From positions 1 to 36,820 of the forward strand of contig JBLHGD010000002.1 of assembly GCA_047616585.1 (NCBI GenBank): a DNA stretch of 36,820 bases. The letters are read 5' to 3'. The DNA comes from Candidatus Azotimanducaceae bacterium (GTDB lineage: Bacteria > Patescibacteriota > Minisyncoccia > Phycocordibacterales > UBA918). The notes beneath the pieces are model-generated. The model was not told where the DNA came from. It was given only the letters and a program-made list of their open reading frames with translations, and did not search any database. Below, piece by piece: positions 9,611 through 16,076 of this stretch (within the stretch, counting starts at the first letter, position 1; the number at the start of each line of letters is the position of its first letter). The position numbers were made by a program, and so were the translations under genes.

Positions 9611-9634
9611 GGCTCAAGCAAACATGCTTGAGCC
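9611..9634 (+). terminator. Terminator of the permease gene
   Basis: GGCTCAAGC / GCTTGAGCC 9-bp stem with a 6-nt loop, followed by TTTCTG. Confidence 0.6.
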
Positions 9635-9658
9635 TTTCTGATCTATACAATTTTAATT

Positions 9659-9814
9659 CTAGACACAATAATAGGTGCGGATTATATGATGCGCCGCGAC
9701 ATCGGGGAAATCTCGCCGTGAACTAGGAGTAAATGAAATAATCTGCTGAGCAGCGATTCCAGCAGCAATGATTGCTTTTCTTACACCTCTCTCAGTGGGC
9801 TCATAGTACGTCAT
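9659..9814 (-). CDS. Hypothetical small protein (51 aa), translationally coupled
   Basis: This ORF is below the track cutoff. Its sequence is MTYYEPTERGVRKAIIAAGIAAQQIISFTPSSRRDFPDVAAHHIIRTYYCV. Its ATG overlaps the TAA of the upstream ORF (TAATG). Confidence 0.4.
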   Translation of the reverse strand: MTYYEPTERGVRKAIIAAGIAAQQIISFTPSSRRDFPDVAAHHIIRTYYCV

Positions 9815-10014
9815 TACACAGAGCGTCTCGGGAATAATCCTGCGCCAAGGAAAAACAGTTGATTCTCAATCCTGAGAGACGTTGACAACATCGACGACCA
9901 AACTAAGACCGCAGAATTAATTCTTTCTTCGAGTGCAGCTTTCACAAATGCTGCACTCTCAGAACCTGGCTCACCTACTACCAAAATATCAATTTCACGA
10001 TGACAGCTGGTCAT
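9814..10014 (-). CDS. Hypothetical small protein (66 aa)
   Basis: An AGGAG (10021-10025, minus strand) lies 6 nt upstream of the second in-frame ATG (10012-10014). The product begins MTSCHREIDILVVGEPGSES. I recognise no family. Confidence 0.5.
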   Translation of the reverse strand: MTSCHREIDILVVGEPGSESAAFVKAALEERINSAVLVWSSMLSTSLRIENQLFFLGAGLFPRRSV

Positions 10015-10087
10015 GATCATCTCCTGGTTGAGAACAAGTTATAGCAACTGCTACTGTACTGTAAAATTTAAAATTAGCAATGAGAAA

Positions 10088-10103
10088 ACCGCCACACGGC
10101 GGC
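10088..10103 (-). terminator. Rho-independent terminator of rpoD
   Basis: The minus strand reads GCCGCC-GTGT-GGCGGT followed by TTTTCTCATT, about 45 nt after the rpoD stop. Confidence 0.7.
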
Positions 10104-10147
10104 TTTCTTATTACTACATACTACTTTCTACCAACTACGGACTAACC

Positions 10148-11500
10148 CTAATAACTTTTCAATCTCCTCGCCTTCTCATGCTGACGGATTTTTTCAAGTG
10201 CTTTTGCTTCAATCTGTCGAATACGTTCACGAGTTACACCAAACTCTTTTCCAACTTCCTCAAGTGTGTGGTACGTGCCGTCCAAGAGGCCGTGTCGCAT
10301 CTCAAGAATCTTTCGTTCTTTTTCAGAGAGTGTATCGAGAATTTCTGTGATCTGATCAGTAAGGATACTGTGTGCAACTTCCTGATCTGGAGAAACGATC
10401 TTATCGTCAGAGATGAAGTCTGAAAGTCGTGATCGGTCATCATCATCGCCAATGGGAAGCTCGAGAGAAATTGTATCCTGTGAAATCTTCTCAATTTGAT
10501 AAATTTTCTCAACCTCAACATCCATTTCAGTAGCGATCTCTTCTGGCATCGGGTCGCGCCCTAGGTCTTGAGCGAGACGTCGCGAGACCTGCTTGTACTT
10601 CGCCATAGTCTCAACCATGTGAACCGGAATACGAATTGTACGTGACTGGTCGGCCAACGCTCGCGTGATTGCTTGCCTAATCCACCATGTTGCGTAGGTA
10701 GAGAATTTAAATCCTTTAGTGTAGTCAAATTTATCAACTGCCTTAAAGAGGCCTAAGTTACCTTCTTGAATAAGATCCAAGAGTGTCAGGTCCGGCGAAC
10801 GTCCAACATACTTCTTAGCGATAGACACAACGAGTCGGAGGTTGGCCCGGGCAAGTAGGTTTCGCGCCTCCTCATCACCATCAACAATACGCTTCGCCAG
10901 TGTACGCTCCTCAAGTGCTGTTAGAAGCGGATACTGTCCGATCTCACGCAGATACATCTGAATAGAGTCATATCCAGAATCATTTCGCTTGTATGAGTTT
11001 TTAGCTGCTAGAAGCTCCTCTTCTTTGTTACTTCCCAAAAATCCTCCGCTTTGCAGCACATCAATGTTTGCAATTGAGAAATTGTCGTACAGATCCTCAA
11101 GAAGCGGCACGTCTTTTTCAATCACAGGGAAAAACTTCAGAATCTCATCGTACGTAACATACCCTCGGTCACGACCCATTTGCATGAGTTCTTTTGTCTT
11201 TTTCGCGAGGTCAAGTTGTGCTTTGGTGAGCTTCTTCTTTTTCTTTGGCGCAGCTTTCTTTACAGCCTTTTTTGGAGCTGCTTTCTTTACAGGGGTTTTC
11301 TTAACAGCTTTCTTTGCGACCTTCTTTACGGCTTTCTTCACTACTTTTTTGCTTTTTACAGCAGTCTTTTTGGCAGGTGTTTTTTTAGCTGAAGCTACCT
11401 TTTTAGGAGCTTTCTTTGCTATTTTTTTGATTGCCTTTTTAGCGGATTTTAAAGCCGCTTTTTTTGCTACTTTTGTTGTTTTTGCTACTTTTTTTGGCAT
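10148..11500 (-). CDS. rpoD: RNA polymerase sigma-70 factor with a Lys/Ala-rich N-terminal tail
   Basis: Regions 2-4 are intact ([71 protein letters not shown]). The start is ambiguous, either ATG at 11500 or GTG at 11530. Confidence 0.95.
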   Translation of the reverse strand: MPKKVAKTTKVAKKAALKSAKKAIKKIAKKAPKKVASAKKTPAKKTAVKSKKVVKKAVKKVAKKAVKKTPVKKAAPKKAVKKAAPKKKKKLTKAQLDLAKKTKELMQMGRDRGYVTYDEILKFFPVIEKDVPLLEDLYDNFSIANIDVLQSGGFLGSNKEEELLAAKNSYKRNDSGYDSIQMYLREIGQYPLLTALEERTLAKRIVDGDEEARNLLARANLRLVVSIAKKYVGRSPDLTLLDLIQEGNLGLFKAVDKFDYTKGFKFSTYATWWIRQAITRALADQSRTIRIPVHMVETMAKYKQVSRRLAQDLGRDPMPEEIATEMDVEVEKIYQIEKISQDTISLELPIGDDDDRSRLSDFISDDKIVSPDQEVAHSILTDQITEILDTLSEKERKILEMRHGLLDGTYHTLEEVGKEFGVTRERIRQIEAKALEKIRQHEKARRLKSY

Positions 11501-11626
11501 TTGTATAAATACAGTTTTACCCAGTACCACTATTTACTTTTATGCAATATAGTGGTGCTGGGCTTGTTGGCACAACTATACATCAATTCTTATAAAATAC
11601 CACCCTATTTTTTACCCCACCCATCC

Positions 11627-11657
11627 AAACTGTCCGACATCCGATGTCGGACAGTTT
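11627..11657. other. Perfect 14-bp hairpin in the dnaG-rpoD intergenic region
   Basis: AAACTGTCCGACAT-CCG-ATGTCGGACAGTTT. Confidence 0.8.
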
Positions 11658-11700
11658 GTTAAAAATAAACAATATTCTATAGTGTCCACAGCAAATCTTG

Positions 11701-11737
11701 CGCCAATTGGTCAACACTGAGTGCTGACCAATTGGCG
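11701..11737 (-). terminator. Perfect 13-bp hairpin just after the dnaG stop
   Basis: CGCCAATTGGTCA / TGACCAATTGGCG with an 11-nt loop, 6 nt from the dnaG stop. No T-run follows, so terminator function is uncertain. Confidence 0.45.
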
Positions 11738-11743
11738 TACCCT

Positions 11744-13531
11744 CTACGTTGGGTTTTCAAACTCTTCTTTTTCGAATATATCTACTAGCACGCTTGCTTT
11801 AGCGAGTTCTTTCTGGAGTTCTGTAGTGCTCTGAAGTAGCGTCTCGACAGTTTTTGCTTGATCTTCTCTTTCGGCAGCGTACAACAGTTCTTTTTGTTCT
11901 CGGAGCTTTTCTCGTAATACCAAAAGTCGTAATTCGTGAATATTTGCATTGAATTCTTCTAAAATAAACCGCAGCTTTTTACCTTCAGTCTCAGACTCCA
12001 TACTAAATAAAAGCTTACTTGACTGCTCAGGAGTGATGCGATCTTTAATGACAGAAAAATCTTCTTTCATAATGTCCGCAACGGCAGATCTGACAATATC
12101 TCGATCTTTTGTATCTAGTAATTCTGACGCGACAACAACATGCTCTAGTAAATCATCCTTACGGGAAAAACTTTTTGCAGGAGCGGTCTCATTCGACACT
12201 ACTGTCTTTTCTTCTGGGGCGGGGCCAGTTGGTTTATTTCGCTCCTGCTCAATGAGTCGCGCCACCTCCAGCTGTACCGCGTCCTTGGTTGTGCCAATTG
12301 CTTCTGCTATCACCCCCTGGAAATGTTCAGCGTCGATCTTATTCTGCATTTTGAGGATGTATGGCAATATTTCATCACGCGCTCGAAGCTTGTATGTCCG
12401 TTCATCCTTTGCCTCATCTTTTAGGACCAGCAGGAGAAACTCGATCACATGGGTCGCCTTCCCAATCACATCTTTAAATTTCTGCGGATCATCCTTGATC
12501 AAGTCAGCCGGATCCTGCCCATCCGGAATATGCGCCACCTTCACATCAATCCCGCGTACGAGCATCAAATCAGCTGCACGCTTTACAGCCGCAATACCGG
12601 CCCGGTCAGCGTCCAGAGCCAGCACAACACGGTTTGAGAGCCTTTGCAGAAGCCCTACATGCTGTTGGGTCAAACCCGTTCCAGAAACCGCTACGGTGTT
12701 GCTGTACCCTGCTTGATGACACAAAACCACATCAAACTGCCCTTCAACAATCAGTGAGAAATCAAACTTCCGAATCCCCTGCTTCGCCTTATCATAGCCA
12801 TACAGCACTTCTGATTTATTGAAAAAATTGGTCTCAGGTGAGTTTACATACTTCGGAGCCTCAGAGTCTTTCTCAAGAATTCTGCCTGAAAACGCAATCA
12901 CCTTTCCTCCCGCATCAAACAATGGAAACATAATGCGGTCTCGAAACAAATCATACGGTTCTTTGCCGTCTACGCCACCCTTTATCAAACCTGTACTAAG
13001 CATCTGTGCATCAGTATATTTCTTCTCACCTGAAAGATGCGCGCGAAGCTCTCGCCACCCACCATTGGGCGGCCCTGGAGCATACCCAATTCGCCACTTG
13101 GCGATTGTCTCAGGTGTAACACCCCGATTTGTAAGATACGTGCCAACCTCTTTGCTTTCACGTCCTTTTTCCTCAAAGAATGATGTGGCGCTATCGAGTA
13201 CAACATACCCCGTCTCCCGCTCTGTTCTTTTCTTCGGATCCTCAGCAACCAACTCAACTCCCGCCTTCTCCGCCAAAATCTTCAAAGCCTCCTTAAAATC
13301 AACCCCCTCCATCGTCTGCACAAACGTAAAGATGTCACCCCCTTGTGAGCTCGAGAAACAATAGTACATCCCTCGGTCGGGTGAAACCATAAACGACGGC
13401 GTTTTCTCATTCACAAACGGCGACTTCCCCTTCATATGCTTCCCCGCCTGATGCAACTCCACATACGGCGAAACCACATCAACTATAGAAAGCCGCTCTT
13501 TAATCATCTGAACCGAATCCCCCGAAGCCAT
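11744..13531 (-). CDS. dnaG: DNA primase
   Basis: It has an EKTPSF zinc-binding-domain remnant, an RNA-polymerase core, and a Toprim domain (IVEGQFDV ... ALDADRAGIAA). The likely start is MASGDSVQMIKERLSIVDVV, and the ORF is open up to 13588. Confidence 0.9.
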   Translation of the reverse strand: MASGDSVQMIKERLSIVDVVSPYVELHQAGKHMKGKSPFVNEKTPSFMVSPDRGMYYCFSSSQGGDIFTFVQTMEGVDFKEALKILAEKAGVELVAEDPKKRTERETGYVVLDSATSFFEEKGRESKEVGTYLTNRGVTPETIAKWRIGYAPGPPNGGWRELRAHLSGEKKYTDAQMLSTGLIKGGVDGKEPYDLFRDRIMFPLFDAGGKVIAFSGRILEKDSEAPKYVNSPETNFFNKSEVLYGYDKAKQGIRKFDFSLIVEGQFDVVLCHQAGYSNTVAVSGTGLTQQHVGLLQRLSNRVVLALDADRAGIAAVKRAADLMLVRGIDVKVAHIPDGQDPADLIKDDPQKFKDVIGKATHVIEFLLLVLKDEAKDERTYKLRARDEILPYILKMQNKIDAEHFQGVIAEAIGTTKDAVQLEVARLIEQERNKPTGPAPEEKTVVSNETAPAKSFSRKDDLLEHVVVASELLDTKDRDIVRSAVADIMKEDFSVIKDRITPEQSSKLLFSMESETEGKKLRFILEEFNANIHELRLLVLREKLREQKELLYAAEREDQAKTVETLLQSTTELQKELAKASVLVDIFEKEEFENPT

Positions 13532-13613
13532 ATTGACCCTAGTATACGCGATTTGTCGATCTAGCGCACAACCATTGACTTTCTTCATATTTCACAGATA
13601 ATGCACTCATCCA

Positions 13614-14024
13614 ATGCCACGAAGATATCCTTCGCGGTCGGATAATGAAAGGAGACTTAGATTGCATCTACTCACTATTACCCGTGACTCAGACAGGAAG
13701 CACGATGTCACGCCAGAGAGTGTCCCGTCCGATTCGGTTGGGTGTGAAGACTATCGGTTGCTTCATAAAGGATCAGGACGATTTATCACAGTGACGACAA
13801 CTGGAGGAACGAGGATTCAATTGGTGAAGTGGTTCCTGAACCCTGAGCAATCCCAGCAGGACCAGATAGCGTTGCTTCTTGAGGTCGCAGATACATATAA
13901 AGAAAAATTCACATTACAGGAGGCTGGCACGCACCCCATTGATGCGATTTTCTTTCGGGTTAACCCCGGAGACGATCCTGATATCAAACTACTAATGGTT
14001 AACCGCCCTACAGAGAGCGAGTAG
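13614..14024 (+). CDS. Hypothetical protein (orphan)
   Basis: 136-codon open frame. An in-frame TTG at 13671 is preceded by AAAGGAG (13657-13663) at 7-nt spacing, so a 117-aa product is plausible. I recognise no family. Confidence 0.45.
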   Translation: MPRRYPSRSDNERRLRLHLLTITRDSDRKHDVTPESVPSDSVGCEDYRLLHKGSGRFITVTTTGGTRIQLVKWFLNPEQSQQDQIALLLEVADTYKEKFTLQEAGTHPIDAIFFRVNPGDDPDIKLLMVNRPTESE

Positions 14025-14050
14025 GGCGACGAACCACCCGGGTAAACCAG

Positions 14051-14100
14051 TCCGACCAGCGCAGTTCTTAAGTACAAATCTATACGCAGCGCTGGTCGGA
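14051..14100 (+). other. 12-bp hairpin downstream of the orphan ORF
   Basis: TCCGACCAGCGC (14051-14062) pairs with GCGCTGGTCGGA (14089-14100) across a 26-nt loop. T-runs follow at 14117-14127. Confidence 0.6.
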
Positions 14101-14180
14101 TTACGGCACAGCGCTGTTTTTCGTTTTTAATACAAAAATAGTTAGTACGATTAATTCCATTGCAATGACACCAAGTTTAT

Positions 14181-14271
14181 ATATCATCAATGATATATAA
14201 CCACTACACACTTTTATATATCATTGATGATATCAAAAGTGCCACATTTTTCTATATATCATTGATGATAT
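14181..14271. repeat. Three ATATCAT-NN-ATGATAT boxes upstream of the TrpR-like gene
   Basis: Exact boxes at 14181-14196 (CA), 14218-14233 (TG) and 14256-14271 (TG). Spacing is 37-38 bp. Confidence 0.95.
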
Positions 14272-14274
14272 AAT
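14266..14274 (+). promoter_or_regulatory. Extended -10 promoter element overlapping box 3
   Basis: TGATATAAT (TG-n-TATAAT) at 14266-14274. The right arm of the box forms part of the -10 element, which lies 28 nt upstream of the ATG at 14302. Confidence 0.5.
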
Positions 14275-14301
14275 GACTTTCTTATAGATAACTATTTGTG
14301 T

Positions 14302-14754
14302 ATGAGTAAAAGTGTGAAGAAATTGAATCCACATGAGAAGAAGATCGTACTGGAATCTTTGTATGCCTGCGCCGAAAACATGAGCGGCAAACACTCCGCT
14401 GTTTCTTTTGTTGATGAATTACTTACCGAGAGCGAAAAAATCACCATCGGAAGACGTATTCTCATTGCACAGATGATACTTGCAGGAGAAACACAGGCTA
14501 AAATCCGTTACAGGTTAGGAGTAAGCCCAAATACATTTACCCGAACTCGTACATGGCTCTCGGGACAAGTCCCCAACTTCGATCAAGCACTCAAAGATTT
14601 TGAACAAACAACAACAGAACGCAAACCCAAACAAAAGAAAATCTCAAAAGAATATATCGACCCAACAAGCTTCACCGGCCTCCGCAAAAAATATCCCGCC
14701 CATTTCCTCCTCTTCAATCTAGCCGAAGAATTACTCACCCGCATTAGCAAATAA
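14302..14754 (+). CDS. TrpR/YerC/YecD-like helix-turn-helix DNA-binding protein
   Basis: About 150 aa. LLTESEKITIGRRILIAQMILAGETQAKIRYRLGVSPNTFTRTRTWL matches the Trp-repressor-like YerC/YecD pattern (LLTp.E...l..R..ia..Ll.g.sy..I....gvS.aTItR). The ORF is also open from a TTG at 14296. Confidence 0.7.
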   Translation: MSKSVKKLNPHEKKIVLESLYACAENMSGKHSAVSFVDELLTESEKITIGRRILIAQMILAGETQAKIRYRLGVSPNTFTRTRTWLSGQVPNFDQALKDFEQTTTERKPKQKKISKEYIDPTSFTGLRKKYPAHFLLFNLAEELLTRISK

Positions 14755-14761
14755 CATCCCC

Positions 14762-14952
14762 ATATCATCAATGATATCGAAACTATTCCCCATTTTTATA
14801 TCATTGATGATATGTAAACAAATTTAGTACTGTTACTTTCTATATCATTAATGATATAGAAATGAGTTTGGTAGTTCGACGTTATATATCATTGATGATA
14901 TATACCCCTATGTACGCTTACTGAATGGGGATTTTGATATCATTGATGATAT
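14762..14952. repeat. Five ATATCAT-NN-ATGATAT boxes downstream of the TrpR-like gene
   Basis: Boxes at 14762-14777 (CA), 14798-14813 (TG), 14842-14857 (TA, a perfect palindrome), 14886-14901 (TG) and 14937-14952 (TG). Spacing is 36-51 bp. Confidence 0.95.
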
Positions 14953-15012
14953 ATAACGTTGTGTATGTTGATTGAACATTAAACGGTGTTTTCGTGTTAG
15001 AAAAAGGCGGTT

Positions 15013-15034
15013 TTACAGTATCCAGATACTGTAA
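15013..15034 (-). terminator. Terminator-like hairpin after lepB
   Basis: TTACAGTAT-CCAG-ATACTGTAA. On the minus strand it is followed by AACCGCCTTTTT. Confidence 0.5.
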
Positions 15035-15050
15035 CTCTGTTACAGACAAG

Positions 15051-15797
15051 CTAAAACAAACTGGGTTTGCCGAGTATCAATTCTTTGCTTACAGGACCGA
15101 AATCACGTGAGTCTCGACTGAACTCTCTATTGTCACCCAACAGATAATATTCGTTATCATCAAGTACAACGTCAGTATCTCCAACAGTGTCCCCTACTAC
15201 ATACGTGTCATCGCGTAATGATTCATTAACATACACCCCACCATCGGCAATACGCACACGGTCTCCAGAAACTGCAACAATTCGTTTAATAGCAAACTTG
15301 GATTCGTCGTCTGGAAATCTAAATATCACAATATCACTCACTGCAAATGACCGATCCAATTTGTTGATAATTATATACGCGCCCTGCTCATACGTAGGTG
15401 ACATTGATAAACCAGAGACTATGAACGGCTCAGCTATAAATAGCCTAAACGGCACTACAGTCACTAGCGTTAAAATTAGGGTTGCAAAAAAATACACTAC
15501 ACCAAGTTTGATGCTTTGTTTTAGTGTCACCGGTGAATACAGTCTATGAATCCAAAAAACGAATAATGCTCCAGCGAGAATGAGCCCCACTATGTCAGAT
15601 ACGTCCGGCACAAGTTTACTCAAACTCATCGTAAGAAGTACTGAAACAATACCGACACTAACGGAATATAGCAGGAGTGTCTTGAACGCATTACCAAACG
15701 ATATAGCTCGTGCTAATAGCTTTGCTGCGATCACTTTAAACAAGTATATGGGAGCAACAAGGATTATTACAGAGACAAAAATAAATACGTATATCAT
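15051..15797 (-). CDS. lepB: Signal peptidase I with an extended N-terminal membrane region
   Basis: GLSMSPTY (catalytic Ser), KRIVAVSGDRV (catalytic Lys box) and GDNREFSRDSRDFGPV. The ORF is open to 15872, but that extension spans the rpoC terminator, so the start at MIYVFIF (15797) is preferred. Confidence 0.85.
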   Translation of the reverse strand: MIYVFIFVSVIILVAPIYLFKVIAAKLLARAISFGNAFKTLLLYSVSVGIVSVLLTMSLSKLVPDVSDIVGLILAGALFVFWIHRLYSPVTLKQSIKLGVVYFFATLILTLVTVVPFRLFIAEPFIVSGLSMSPTYEQGAYIIINKLDRSFAVSDIVIFRFPDDESKFAIKRIVAVSGDRVRIADGGVYVNESLRDDTYVVGDTVGDTDVVLDDNEYYLLGDNREFSRDSRDFGPVSKELILGKPSLF

Positions 15798-15823
15798 ACG
15801 GATTAATTGTACACTAACGCAAG

Positions 15824-15853
15824 AAAAGGCCGGGGCTTTAGTCCCGGCCTTTT
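15824..15853 (-). terminator. Rho-independent terminator closing the rpoBC transcription unit
   Basis: The minus strand reads AAAAGGCCGGG-ACTAAAG-CCCCGGCCTTTT followed by CTTGCG. The GC-rich stem is flanked by an A-run and a T-run. Confidence 0.75.
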
Positions 15854-16076
15854 CTTTGTTCTGTTTTACCACCTCAACCCATCTTTCGATGATCTAGAAA
15901 TTTCAGAATTGGATGCAGTGCGAGGTGAGAAAGTCTGGGAGACTTTCGCAAGACCTTGCCTAATATTTCTTGAATACTTGGAAAGAAATATGGACAAGGT
16001 GTACAGCGTCTGTAAGACGGACGTACTAGTGCATTGAGTGAGCAAACTGCAGTTCCAACGAAGCAGATGAAGTGAA

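Noticed and set aside
10013-10423. 136-aa + strand ORF spanning the rpoD 3' end.
   Set aside because: It overlaps the conserved region 4 of rpoD in antisense and crosses the rpoD terminator. No motif is recognisable.
10989-11552. 187-aa Phe-rich + strand ORF, and the nested 70-aa ORF at 11180-11392.
   Set aside because: These are the antisense reading of the AAG/AAA-rich (Lys) tail of rpoD. The low-complexity F/A composition is a mirror artefact.
11949-13364. + strand ORFs of 181-255 aa antisense to dnaG.
   Set aside because: These are shadow ORFs with Ser-rich, low-complexity products. dnaG on the minus strand carries the Toprim and primase-core motifs.
14181-14952. The repeated boxes might be a CRISPR array, an IS/MITE or a DnaA-box oriC.
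   Set aside because: The repeats are only 16 bp, each is palindromic, and the spacers are unequal (about 20-35 nt). A coding gene sits in the middle. No cas, transposase or Rep gene is nearby, and no TTATCCACA-type DnaA boxes occur in the interval. An origin or centromere-like role is not excluded, but it cannot be claimed.
15798-15872. N-terminal 25 codons of the long lepB ORF.
   Set aside because: This extension runs straight through the GC-rich terminator hairpin at 15824-15853 that closes the rpoBC unit. The start at 15797 is more plausible.
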